Notes: a model not told the origin generated them from the sequence alone. Numbered from the stretch's first letter, positions 1 to 10,543 are shown. The stretch: 64,000 nucleotides of DNA from an uncultured Chloroflexia bacterium (GCA_963746845.1 CAVVCZ010000006.1:160001-224000), one strand, 5' to 3'. Made by a program: numbers and translations.

Positions 1-99
1 TTCGAGAAGCTCGTCCTCGACCATCCGACCATCGGTCTGGCGATCCTCCGGGGCCTGTCGGCCCGGCTGCGATCGAAGACCGAGCCGCCCCAGCACTGA
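1..99 (+). CDS. 3' end of a probable cyclic-nucleotide-binding domain protein (partial)
   Basis: Frame 1 reads FEKLVLDHPTIGLAILRGLSARLRSKTEPPQH*, resembling the C-helix of cNMP-binding domains; lies directly upstream of a nucleotide cyclase. Confidence 0.55.
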   Translation, partial: FEKLVLDHPTIGLAILRGLSARLRSKTEPPQH

Positions 100-131
100 C
101 GGAGCGTCCCCCCACGGACACGCAGACCGGG

Positions 132-2873
132 GTGCGGTCCCTGCCGACCGGCACCGTCGCCTTCATGTTCACCGACATCGAGGGCTCGACCGCGCTCGCC
201 CAGGCGCTCGGCGCCGAGCGCTGGAGCGCGCTCCTCGGCCGGCATCGCGAGCTGATCCGGGCCGCGGTCGCCGCCCACGGCGGCTCGGAGGTCTCGACCG
301 AGGGCGACGGCTTCTTCCTCGTCTTCCCCCGGACGTCCGACGCGATCGCCGCGGCCGTGGACGCCCAGCGGGCGCTGGATGCCGAGCCCTGGTCGCCGGA
401 CGCGCCGGTCCGGGTCCGGATGGGGATCCATACCGGGGACGGGCGGCTGGACGGGGACGGCAGCTACGTCGGGGCGGACGTCCATCGCGCGGCGCGGGTC
501 GCCGCCGCAGGGAACGGGGGCCAGGTCCTCCTGTCCGAGACGACCTCGTCGCTCGTCGCGGACGAGCTGCCGCCGGGCGTCGTGCTGCGCGGCCTCGGGG
601 AGCACCGCCTGAAGGACCTCCGGCCGGAGCGCCTGTGCCAGCTCGTCGTCGAGGGGCTGCGGTCCGACTTCCCGCCGATCCGCTCGCTCGACCGGCGACC
701 GAACAACCTGCCCACCCAGCTCACGAGCTTCGTCGGCCGGGCGGCGGAGCTGGCGAAGGCCGAGGAGCTGCTCCAGACGACGCGGCTCCTCACCCTCACG
801 GGCCCGGGCGGCACCGGCAAGACCCGGCTGTCGCTCCAGCTCGCGGCGAACGTGTCCGACCGGTTCCCGGACGGGGTCTGGTTCATCGCGCTCGAGCCCG
901 TTCGCGACCCGGGCCTGATCGACGCCACGATCCTGACGACGGTCGGGCTGGTCGAGGGCGGCGGACGGACGGCGCGCGACATCCTCGTCGACTGGCTCGC
1001 GGCGCGCCAGGCACTCCTCGTCCTCGACAACTTCGAGCAGGTGATCGAGGGGGCGCCGATCGTCGCGGACCTCCTGCGCAGCGCACCGAAGGTCTCGGTG
1101 ATCGTCACGAGCCGGGCCCCGCTGCGGGTCAGCGGGGAGCAGGAGTACCCGGTCCCCGGCCTGCCCGCGCCGGTCGACGTCCTCGCCCTGACGGACCTCG
1201 AGAAGCTGAACCTGCCTGCCGGCGCGCGACGCCTGGACGCGACGTCGATCACGACCTACGAGGCGGTCCGGCTGTTCATCGCCCGGGCTCTCGCGGTCCG
1301 GCCGGATTTCCGGGTCACGAACGAGAACGCGCCCGCCGTCGCCGGGATCGCCGCGCGTCTTCACGGGATGCCCCTCGCGATCGAGCTGGCGGCGGCCCGG
1401 GTCAAGCTCCTCCCGCCGGACGCGATCCTCGAGCGGCTCGAGCACCAGCTCGGCGTCCTGGCCGCGGGGTCGCGCGACCTGCCGGAGCGCCAGCAGACGC
1501 TCCGCGGGGCGATCGCCTGGAGCCACGAGCTCCTGGACGCCGGCCAGCGCCGGCTCTTCGCCCGGATGTCCGTGTTCGTCGGCGGCTGCGAGCTGGACAG
1601 CGCCGAGACGATCTGCGGGCCGGCCTCCGAGCTCGATGGCCTCGACGTCCTCGACGGGCTGATGGCCCTCGCCGACCAGAGCCTCGTCCGGGTCGAGGAG
1701 ATCGACGACGCGACCCGGTTCCGGATGCTCGACACGATCCGCGAGTTCGCTGCGGAACAGCTGACCGCGAGCGGCGAGCGCGAGGAGATCGAGCGCCGCC
1801 ACAGCGCCGCCTTCGTCGAGCTCGCCGAGTCCCTGACGCCGCGGCTGTCCGGCGACGACCAGCGCCGGTGGCTGGGCCGGCTCGAGCGCGACCACGACAA
1901 CATCCGGGCCGTGCTCGACCGGGCGACCGCCGCCGGCGATGGGCCGACCGCGATCCGCCTCGGGTTCGCGATGTGGCGTTACTGGCAGAAGCGCGGGCAT
2001 CTCGCCGAGGCGAGCCGCCGGCTCCGGGCGATGGCCGACGCGCCCTGGTCCCACGACGATCCCGTGCTGCGGGCCCACCTCATGGAGGCGTTCGGCGGCG
2101 TGGCCTGGTGGCAGGCCGACCTCGCCGCCATGGCGCCGGCGTACAACGAGGCGCTTGCGATCTGGGAAGAGGTCGGCGACCAGCGGGAGATCGTCAACGC
2201 GCTCTACAACGACTCGTTCCAGTACTCGGTCACGGTCGATCCGAAGGAGTCCGACCCCGACCACATCGGGTTCCGTCAGATGATCCGCGCGCGCGACCTC
2301 GCGGCCGAGATCGGCGACGAGCGTGGTCACGCGAACGCGCTCTGGGGGATCGGCAACTACCGCTATTTCCATGACGATGAGGACCGCGGCCTGAGCCAGT
2401 TCCGCGAGGCGCTCGACATCTTCCGCCGCATCGGCGACCGGACGATGGAGGCGTGGTCGCTCCACATGCTCAGCACCGCCCTGATCCGCGCTCAAGAGAC
2501 CGAGGAGTCGCGCCGGGACGCGTTCGCGGCGCTCCGGCTGTTCCACCAGTACGGCGACGTCGCCGGGATCACGCTCGCCCTGGACGACTTCGCCGCGATC
2601 GCGATCGCCGATGGGGACGTGCCGCGGGCCGCCCGGCTGTGGGGGGCGGCGCGGGCCCTGTCATCCGCGAGCGGCGTCGGCCTGGCCGACTTCGTCGATG
2701 AGCAGGACGAGTACTACGGCCGGCCGAACGCCCGGTCCTCGGTCGATCCTGCCGAGCTCGAGAAGTATGCAAACGAGGGCCGCTCCATGACCCTCGACGA
2801 GAGCGTCGCCTACGCGCTGCAGTCCTCCATCGACGACCTGGCGCCGCACGACCACGCAGGCACCGCGCGATGA
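132..2873 (+). CDS. Class III nucleotide cyclase - STAND (NB-ARC-like) ATPase - TPR protein
   Basis: FTDIEGST, EGDGFF, RMGIHTG and HRAAR cyclase motifs; PNNLP..LTSFVGR; Walker A GPGGTGKT; Walker B LLVLDNFE; GMPLAIELAAAR; helical C-terminus. Confidence 0.92.
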   Translation: MRSLPTGTVAFMFTDIEGSTALAQALGAERWSALLGRHRELIRAAVAAHGGSEVSTEGDGFFLVFPRTSDAIAAAVDAQRALDAEPWSPDAPVRVRMGIHTGDGRLDGDGSYVGADVHRAARVAAAGNGGQVLLSETTSSLVADELPPGVVLRGLGEHRLKDLRPERLCQLVVEGLRSDFPPIRSLDRRPNNLPTQLTSFVGRAAELAKAEELLQTTRLLTLTGPGGTGKTRLSLQLAANVSDRFPDGVWFIALEPVRDPGLIDATILTTVGLVEGGGRTARDILVDWLAARQALLVLDNFEQVIEGAPIVADLLRSAPKVSVIVTSRAPLRVSGEQEYPVPGLPAPVDVLALTDLEKLNLPAGARRLDATSITTYEAVRLFIARALAVRPDFRVTNENAPAVAGIAARLHGMPLAIELAAARVKLLPPDAILERLEHQLGVLAAGSRDLPERQQTLRGAIAWSHELLDAGQRRLFARMSVFVGGCELDSAETICGPASELDGLDVLDGLMALADQSLVRVEEIDDATRFRMLDTIREFAAEQLTASGEREEIERRHSAAFVELAESLTPRLSGDDQRRWLGRLERDHDNIRAVLDRATAAGDGPTAIRLGFAMWRYWQKRGHLAEASRRLRAMADAPWSHDDPVLRAHLMEAFGGVAWWQADLAAMAPAYNEALAIWEEVGDQREIVNALYNDSFQYSVTVDPKESDPDHIGFRQMIRARDLAAEIGDERGHANALWGIGNYRYFHDDEDRGLSQFREALDIFRRIGDRTMEAWSLHMLSTALIRAQETEESRRDAFAALRLFHQYGDVAGITLALDDFAAIAIADGDVPRAARLWGAARALSSASGVGLADFVDEQDEYYGRPNARSSVDPAELEKYANEGRSMTLDESVAYALQSSIDDLAPHDHAGTAR

Positions 2874-3055
2874 TCGAGCCGATCGAGATCCGGCTGCTCG
2901 ACGACGAGGGGGACACGCCGGCCGAGGCATCCATCAGCGATGATCCGGCCGCCGTCGTCCTGACCTGCGCAAACTGCGGGGCCGCGATGGACGAACGGAA
3001 ATGCAAGCTGATCTGCCGGTGCGGATACTTCCTGTCCTGCTCCGACTACTACTGA
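2870..3055 (+). CDS. Small Cys-rich zinc-ribbon protein
   Basis: CANC...CKLICRCGYFLSCSDYY; ATGA overlap with the upstream stop. Confidence 0.7.
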   Translation: MIEPIEIRLLDDEGDTPAEASISDDPAAVVLTCANCGAAMDERKCKLICRCGYFLSCSDYY

Positions 3056-3089
3056 CCGCGGGCGCGAACGCCCGCCGGAGGACCTTCGC

Positions 3090-3512
3090 ATGACCCTTGC
3101 CGCCTTCGCCGCCACGAGCGCTCCCGGTCCGATCGGCGTCGACTACCAGCCGGGCGTCTGCAACATCGGCCCGGCCGAGATCGCCCGTCGCCGGAGGGCC
3201 GGCCACGTCGGGCTCATCGCGACGGTCGCGCTGTTCGCGATCCTCGTCGCCGTCGATGCGCCGCCGATCGCGAGGCTCGTGCTGTTCCTCCCGGCGGCCA
3301 TCGCGGCCTCGGGCTACCTCCAGGCGTGGCTCAAATTCTGCGCCGGGTTCGGGTCCCGCGGGATCTTCAACTTCGGCGACGTCGGCTCGACCGACGAGGT
3401 CGCGGACGCCGCGGCCCGCGCACTCGACAAGGCGAAGGCCAATCGGATCGGGCTGCTCAGCTTCGCGATCGGGCTGGGCGTGGCGGTCGTCGCGGTGCTT
3501 CTCCCGATCTGA
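3090..3512 (+). CDS. Hypothetical membrane protein
   Basis: GGAGG SD upstream; three hydrophobic segments; YQPGVCNIG motif. Confidence 0.75.
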   Translation: MTLAAFAATSAPGPIGVDYQPGVCNIGPAEIARRRRAGHVGLIATVALFAILVAVDAPPIARLVLFLPAAIAASGYLQAWLKFCAGFGSRGIFNFGDVGSTDEVADAAARALDKAKANRIGLLSFAIGLGVAVVAVLLPI

Positions 3513-3545
3513 ACGGTCCCGGCGCGGCCGCCGTAGACTTCGGCG

Positions 3546-4454
3546 ATGACCGCCGAGGCGACCCAGCCCGCCGCCACCGGGCCGGCCCCGACCACCGCCG
3601 CCGGTGCTTCGGCGCCCGGTCGCGAGAAGACCGCGATCCCGAAGAACCCTGGGCGGCGCGACCTCGGGATGAAGGCGACGCTCCTGTTCCCGAACAAGGA
3701 GATCGTCGAGCAGTACTACGTCCCGCTGATCTACACCGCGTGCCGGACGTGCTACTCGGAGCTGACCCCCGACGACATCTTCGACCGCGCGACCGACGGC
3801 CGGGTCGAGCCGGCGAAGATGCAGAAGCTGATCTCCGGCGTGATCGAGTCCGGCCACGGGAGCACGATCGAGCACGTCGTCTTCACCTTCGGGATCAGCG
3901 GCGTGTCGCGGACGCTGTCCCACCAGCTCGTCCGCCATCGGGCTGGCGTCGCGTTCGACCAGCAGAGCCAGCGCTACGTCACCTTCAAGGGCGCGTCGAC
4001 GATGCTGCCGGCCTCGATCGAGGACGCCGAGCCGGAGCTGCGCGACGCGTACAACGAGCAGATCGCGGGCTCGATGGACCTGTACGGCCAGCTCGTCGGT
4101 GCCGGGATCCCGGGCGAGGACGCCCGGTTCGTCTTCCCGAACGCGACCCGGACGAACCTCGTCATGACCACGAACTTGCGCGCGCTCATCCACATGTCCG
4201 GGCTGCGCCTGTGCACGATGGCCCAGTGGGAGATCCGCCGGCTGTTCCAGCTGATCCGCCACGAGATCTTCCAGGTGAGCCCGTTCCTGGGCTCGTTCCT
4301 CGCGCCGAAGTGCGTCGCCCTCGGCTACTGCGACGAGATGGGCAACCGCGACGAGCACTGCCCGATCCGCCCGCACAAGGACAACGTCCTCGCGGCGTGG
4401 GCGGAGAAGTCGAAGGCCGCGAAGGCCGCGGGTCGCGACCTTCCGGTCCGCTGA
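3546..4454 (+). CDS. thyX: FAD-dependent thymidylate synthase
   Basis: GHGSTIEH and the ThyX motif SHQLVRHR...QQSQRY; EDARFVFP; RLCTMAQWEIR. Confidence 0.95.
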   Translation: MTAEATQPAATGPAPTTAAGASAPGREKTAIPKNPGRRDLGMKATLLFPNKEIVEQYYVPLIYTACRTCYSELTPDDIFDRATDGRVEPAKMQKLISGVIESGHGSTIEHVVFTFGISGVSRTLSHQLVRHRAGVAFDQQSQRYVTFKGASTMLPASIEDAEPELRDAYNEQIAGSMDLYGQLVGAGIPGEDARFVFPNATRTNLVMTTNLRALIHMSGLRLCTMAQWEIRRLFQLIRHEIFQVSPFLGSFLAPKCVALGYCDEMGNRDEHCPIRPHKDNVLAAWAEKSKAAKAAGRDLPVR

Positions 4455-4482
4455 TCATCGGATCGAGCGAGCTCCTCTGAAC

Positions 4483-5061
4483 ATGGCGGAGCCCAATCGC
4501 CTGCAGCAGGCCGTCGCACCGAACACGATCGGCTCGGTGACGCCGCGTCCATCCCCGTCGCCGGCGCCACGGACGGCCCCCGACGGAGCGACGAACGACG
4601 ATGGCGATGCCTTCGACACCTTCGACCTCGATGACCTCGACGAGGCCGCCGCGGCGGCGGACCACGCCGTCTCCCATGGCGAGCTCGACCGGCGGGTCCA
4701 GGAGGCCGTCGCGACGGCGATGGCCGATCAGACGGCGGCGGTCGCGGCGGCCCGACGGCGCGGCCGGATCGGGTTCATCGCCGGGCTCCTCCTCGCGGCG
4801 GCAGGCGTCCCGCTGTTCTTCGGGGCGTCGCTCGTCGCCGAGGAGGCCGGCATCGCGCTGATCTGCATCGGCATCGGCGTGGCGCTCCTGTCGATCCTCA
4901 TCGCCGCCGCCCGAGCCGACGTCGCGGCGAGCCGGCGATCGACGACCGCGGCGGTCGCCACCACGATCCTGTTCCCGCATGCGGCGATCGTCTGGATCGC
5001 CGCGATCGGGCTCGTCGCGTTCGGATTGCTCGTCCTGCTGGTGGCCGTGCAGACAGCCTGA
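4483..5061 (+). CDS. Hypothetical membrane protein with acidic N-terminus
   Basis: Acidic soluble N-terminus followed by 3-4 hydrophobic segments; GC3-biased codons. Confidence 0.65.
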   Translation: MAEPNRLQQAVAPNTIGSVTPRPSPSPAPRTAPDGATNDDGDAFDTFDLDDLDEAAAAADHAVSHGELDRRVQEAVATAMADQTAAVAAARRRGRIGFIAGLLLAAAGVPLFFGASLVAEEAGIALICIGIGVALLSILIAAARADVAASRRSTTAAVATTILFPHAAIVWIAAIGLVAFGLLVLLVAVQTA

Positions 5062-5087
5062 CGAACGGAAGCCCAGGCGAGCCGCGG

Positions 5088-5945
5088 TCAGCCCGCGGCC
5101 AGACCCGCGACGAACCGCCGGATCACGCGCGCGAGACGGGGGCCGGCCTCGGCTCCCGCGGCGAGGACCTCCTCGTGGGTCAGCGGCTCGCCCGAGTACC
5201 CGGCGCCCGCATTCGTGACGAGCGACACGCCGCAGACCTCGAGCCCCGCCCAGCGCGCGGCGATGCACTCGAGGACCGTCGACATCCCGACCGCGTCCGC
5301 GCCGAGCGTGCGGAGCATCCGGACCTCGGCCGGGGTCTCGTATTGCGGCCCGAGGAGCCCCGCGTAGATCCCTTCGGTCAGCTCGACGCCCTCTGCATCG
5401 CCTGCGGCGTGGAGCGCCGCGCGGAGACGCGGACTCCAGGCGTCGGTCAGGTCCTGGAACCGAGGACCGATCGCATCCGCGTTCTGGCCGAGGAGCGGCG
5501 TCCGTCCGGTCAGGTTCAGGTGGTCGGCGATGACCATGAGCGTTCCGGGGCCGAAGGCGGGGTCGACGCCGCCCGCCGCGTTCGTCAGGACGACGATCTC
5601 GGCGCCGAGCCGCCGGAACAGGAGGACCGGCTGGACGACCAGGCCCGGGTCGTTGCCTTCGTACACGTGGAACCGGCCCTGGAGCATGACGACGGGTGTA
5701 TCGCCGAGGCGACCGAGCAGGAGCCGTCCGACATGACCCGGCGCGGTCGCCGCGGGCCAGCCCGGCAGGTCGGCGAACGGGATCGCGGTCGCGTCCTCGA
5801 GGTCGTCGGCCAGGCCGCCCAGCCCGGAGCCGAGGACGATGCCCACGCGCGGGACGAGGCTCGCGCGCGCGCGGATCGCGGCCTCCAGCGCATCGAGACG
5901 GGCGGGCTGGTCCGCGGGCGGGATCGGGGTCGAGACGGGAATCAC
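5088..5945 (-). CDS. punA: Purine-nucleoside phosphorylase (trimeric PNP family)
   Basis: VLGSGLG, GHVGRL, QGRFHVYEG, TNAAGG, GPQYETPAE, VGMSTVLE; GTG start chosen after a GGAGG. Confidence 0.9.
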   Translation of the reverse strand: MIPVSTPIPPADQPARLDALEAAIRARASLVPRVGIVLGSGLGGLADDLEDATAIPFADLPGWPAATAPGHVGRLLLGRLGDTPVVMLQGRFHVYEGNDPGLVVQPVLLFRRLGAEIVVLTNAAGGVDPAFGPGTLMVIADHLNLTGRTPLLGQNADAIGPRFQDLTDAWSPRLRAALHAAGDAEGVELTEGIYAGLLGPQYETPAEVRMLRTLGADAVGMSTVLECIAARWAGLEVCGVSLVTNAGAGYSGEPLTHEEVLAAGAEAGPRLARVIRRFVAGLAAG

Positions 5946-6189
5946 GGGCGCGCGGGCCTCCGGGATCTCATCCAGGGGGAAGACGGCCGAGGCCCGCTGA
6001 GCAGAAAGCCCGACGGACGTACCGACACCGGGATGCCGGTCGCAGTCCGCCGGGCGGTCGTCGCTCGGACGGGGACGAACGAGGCCGCCGGGTCCGGGCA
6101 ACGAAGCGCCCGAAGCGACCGGCGCGGAGCGGAGGCCCTTGATGTGATCTCGGTTTCTCCGGTTCCTGACGGCCCCTTCGGGCACGACC

Positions 6190-6219
6190 TACGGTACGGC
6201 CGGCTCGGGACGGGGGTCA
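6190..6219 (-). promoter_or_regulatory. Putative sigma70 promoter for the PNP leader
   Basis: Minus strand TTGACC-N18-TACCGT. Confidence 0.5.
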
Positions 6220-6225
6220 ACGGAT

Positions 6226-6312
6226 TTGTCCACCAAGTGCGGGCATCGGCGGGGACGAGTATCCACGAGTTCTGCACCGATGTGGACGAGACGTGGACAA
6301 GACGGTGGAGAG
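6226..6312. promoter_or_regulatory. Cluster of six DnaA-box-like 9-mers
   Basis: TTGTCCACC 6226, GTATCCACG 6259, TTCTGCACC 6270; reverse orientation TCGTCCACA 6281, TTGTCCACG 6292, CTCTCCACC 6304; about 11-bp phasing. Confidence 0.5.
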
Positions 6313-6351
6313 TCTGCGCCGCAGACCCGTCGGCCGCGGGTCAGCCGCCCC

Positions 6352-7392
<1,041 letters not shown>

Positions 7393-7621
7393 CGCTCGCA
7401 ATCCTAGCGTGGCCCCGAGGAACCGCCCGCCCATACGACCCGAAGACGACCGAAATCTCGGTTGCGAGCGGTCAACGCGCCAGGGTCCGCCCCTGACGGC
7501 GGTACCACCGGCGCCCGCCGCTGGTACCTCTAGCGGACTCCATCACACCCACCACTCGCCACCACAATGCGGCCACGCCCTGGACCCCCTGCAGCGCGCC
7601 ATCTGGAGAGGCACACGACGC

Positions 7622-9253
7622 ATGGCCACGACCGACGCGAAGAGCGGATTCCGGCTTCCGTGGAGCTCTGACCGGCCCGCGGACGGAAGCGAACCGACCG
7701 ACGAGCCCACCGGCGAGGACGGCTGGCCGTCCGAGTCGGGAGCGCCCGAGCAGACCGACGCCCCCGACGGGACCGCCGACGTGGCGGACGCTCCCGAGGC
7801 CGCCGACGCGCCCGAGGCCGTCGAGGCCCCGGCCGACGCCCCGGCTGACGCCCCCGCCGCCGTCGAGGTCGACGAGCCCGCGCCCGTGCCCGCGGCTGCC
7901 GCCGTCGCCAAGGCGACCGGCAAGAAGCCGAACAAGTTCCTCGCCGACCTGACGAAGGCGATGCAGGCCGCCGCGGAGGACGCGCGCGGTCGCGCGCTCA
8001 GCCAGCTCCAGGCCGACGCGAAGACCCACATCGAGTCGATCCACGGTCGATCCGCGACCGAGGCCGCCGATCTCCGCCGAAACGCCGACGACGACGTCGC
8101 CGCGGTCCGCGAGTGGTCGAAGGCCGAGATCGCCCGGATCCGCGAAGAGACCGAGCAGAAGATCACCGATCGGAAGGCTCGTCTCGAGACGGAGATCGAG
8201 CAGCATGCCGCCGTCATCGAGCGCGAGATCGTGGCCGTCCAGGGGACGGTCGCCGGGTTCGAGAGCGAGATGGCCGACTTCTTCGAGCGCCTGCTCGGCG
8301 AAGAGGACCCGACCCGGTTCGCCACGATGGCCGAGAACCTCCCCGAGCCGCCGACCTTCGACGACCTGACCGTCGCCGCGGTCGAGGCCGAGCCCGAGGC
8401 CGCCGTCGAGACGGTCGCGGACGAGCCGGAGGCCGAGGCCGCCGAAGCCGGTGTCGCGGAGACGGCTGAGGCCGAGGCAGGGACGGCCGACGCGGCGACG
8501 GACGAGACCACCGAGACCGTCGATGGCGTGGCCGAGGAGGCCGCCGAGCCGGTCGAGGGCAGCGCCGAGTCCACCGAGAACGCCGAGGCCGGCATGTCCG
8601 GTGAGGGCTCGTTCGAAGGCTTCGCCGGGGGCGAGGGCATGGACGGCGATACCGAGGTCGACCGCGAGGCCGCCTTCGCCGCGATCCAGGCCGCCGCCGA
8701 GGCCGCCGCCAGCGCGGAGGTCGCGGCCGACGCCGCAGCCCGCGCCGAGGCCGTCGCCGACGTCGCCATCGAGATCATCGGCAACCATGACGGCGAGCCC
8801 GAGAGCGAGGCGGATCCCCGCTTCGCGGCCCTCGGCCTCTCGCCGGACTTCGACGCCGCCGAGGCCGAGGCGCTCGCCAGCGCCGACGCGTCGGGCGACG
8901 ACGAGATCCCGGTCATCGGCGACGACGCGCTCGCCGCACGACTCGCCGGCCTCGTGCCGTCGAAGGGCAAGGGCGCGAGCGGCGACGCGACGCAGACCCA
9001 GGTCGTCGTCGTCGGGCTGGTCAGCGTCGCGAGCATCGCCAGCTTCAAGCGCCACCTCGGGCGGGTCCCGGGCGTGCAGTCGGTCGGCGTGTCGTCCGGC
9101 CCCGACGGGGAGTTCGTCTTCGCGGTGGCCCATTCGGCCGAGACCAACCTCCGCGACGCCATCCCGTCCCTGCCGAGCTTCCAGGCTCGGGTCAACAACT
9201 CCACCGACGGCTCCATTCACGTCACCGCCCATGACCCGGAGGCGGACGGCTAG
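7622..9253 (+). CDS. Acidic, Ala/Glu-rich coiled-coil protein with small globular C-terminal domain
   Basis: GGAGAGG SD; heptad-like central region; low-complexity acidic linkers; C-terminal alpha/beta segment VVVVGLVSVASIASFKRHL. Confidence 0.8.
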   Translation: MATTDAKSGFRLPWSSDRPADGSEPTDEPTGEDGWPSESGAPEQTDAPDGTADVADAPEAADAPEAVEAPADAPADAPAAVEVDEPAPVPAAAAVAKATGKKPNKFLADLTKAMQAAAEDARGRALSQLQADAKTHIESIHGRSATEAADLRRNADDDVAAVREWSKAEIARIREETEQKITDRKARLETEIEQHAAVIEREIVAVQGTVAGFESEMADFFERLLGEEDPTRFATMAENLPEPPTFDDLTVAAVEAEPEAAVETVADEPEAEAAEAGVAETAEAEAGTADAATDETTETVDGVAEEAAEPVEGSAESTENAEAGMSGEGSFEGFAGGEGMDGDTEVDREAAFAAIQAAAEAAASAEVAADAAARAEAVADVAIEIIGNHDGEPESEADPRFAALGLSPDFDAAEAEALASADASGDDEIPVIGDDALAARLAGLVPSKGKGASGDATQTQVVVVGLVSVASIASFKRHLGRVPGVQSVGVSSGPDGEFVFAVAHSAETNLRDAIPSLPSFQARVNNSTDGSIHVTAHDPEADG

Positions 9254-9307
9254 GCGGCGCGGCCGACCTGTCGTCCCCTCACCACCCCCTCATCGAAGGA
9301 GCGACCG

Positions 9308-10543
9308 TTGGCGCGACCGGCGATCGTCATCGCACTCCCGGTCGCGGAGCGCAGGATCGTCGCCGACGAGCTGCGCTCCGCCGGTTTCGAGGCCATCACG
9401 GTCGGTGCACCGGATGAGCTCGAGGCGCTCCTCGCGAACCGGCACGACGTCGCCGTCGCGATCCTCGACGGCGAGACCGACCTCGACTCGTCGCTCGAGT
9501 ACTACGCCCTGCTGCACGAGGGCTCGAGGAAGATCCCGGCCCTGATGGTCATGTCGGCGAGCGCGCTGGACCGGATGTTCAGCCCGGACTCCGCCGACGA
9601 GTTCTTCAGCCGCCCGTACACGGCCGACTCGATCCGCTGGCGGGTCGAGGCGATGTGCATCCGGTCGATGACCGTCGACGACGGGTCCGGCCCGATCATC
9701 CAGGGCGGCTCGATGGAGATGGGCGATTGGGCGCGACGCGCGGCCGTGATCGCGATCTTCAACCCGAAGGGCGGGGTCGGCAAGACGACGATCGCCACCA
9801 ACCTCGCGGCGGCGCTCCAGATCCACCGCGACCAGAAGGTCCTCCTGATCGATGCCGACACGGTCACCGGGCACGTCACGACGTCCCTGGGGCTCGAACA
9901 TGTCCGGACCGTCGCGGACAGCTGGCGCGACCAGGCCGAGGGCGGCCCGATGGAGACGCTCACCGAGCTCGCCGCGCCGCATCCGTCCGGCCTGTCGGTC
10001 GTGCCGCTGACGTCGAGCCCGCTCAACACCGAGATCCTCGACCCAGAGCGGGTGGGTGACGCGATCGCCGCGTCCCGGCCGGTCTACGACTTCATCGTCG
10101 TGGACCTGCACCCGTCATATTCGAACCTGAACCTCGCGATCTTCGAGAAGGCCGACCGCATCCTCGTCCCGGTCACACCCGACGTACCGGCGCTGCGGGC
10201 TGCGGTCCAGCTCCGCGACGTCGCCGTCGAGATGGGGCTCCAGGACCGGCTGGCGCTCGTCGTCAACCGCGCGAACAGCGGCGTGTCCGTGGCCGACATG
10301 GAGCGGACGGTCGGGATGTCGGCGCTGGCCCTGATCCGGTCCGGCGGGCTGCTCTTCGTCCGGGCCGCGAACGAGGGCCGCACGGTCATCGAGATGTACC
10401 CGAAGGAGAAGATCACCGAGGACTTCGACGCCCTCGCGGATCGGCTCGTCCGGACGCACGTGTCCGAGGAACCGGCGACGACCACCCCGCAGCGCGCCGG
10501 GTTCCGCCTGTTCAACCGCACGAAGGAAGTGGCGCGAGCCTGA
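9308..10543 (+). CDS. Receiver-like domain + MinD/ParA (CpaE/TadZ-like) ATPase
   Basis: AAGGAG SD and TTG start; REC-like N-terminus (VAILD); deviant Walker A KGGVGKTT; LLIDAD; YDFIVVD. Confidence 0.85.
   Translation: MARPAIVIALPVAERRIVADELRSAGFEAITVGAPDELEALLANRHDVAVAILDGETDLDSSLEYYALLHEGSRKIPALMVMSASALDRMFSPDSADEFFSRPYTADSIRWRVEAMCIRSMTVDDGSGPIIQGGSMEMGDWARRAAVIAIFNPKGGVGKTTIATNLAAALQIHRDQKVLLIDADTVTGHVTTSLGLEHVRTVADSWRDQAEGGPMETLTELAAPHPSGLSVVPLTSSPLNTEILDPERVGDAIAASRPVYDFIVVDLHPSYSNLNLAIFEKADRILVPVTPDVPALRAAVQLRDVAVEMGLQDRLALVVNRANSGVSVADMERTVGMSALALIRSGGLLFVRAANEGRTVIEMYPKEKITEDFDALADRLVRTHVSEEPATTTPQRAGFRLFNRTKEVARA

Noticed and set aside
6226-6312. Firm call of oriC
   Set aside because: No dnaA/dnaN in the window, no clear AT-rich unwinding element, and gene orientation does not diverge from this point; kept only as a DnaA-box-like cluster
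7740-7900. Short repeats (GCCGACGC.CC.GAGGCC) in the acidic protein
   Set aside because: In-frame low-complexity peptide repeats (ADAPEA), not a DNA element
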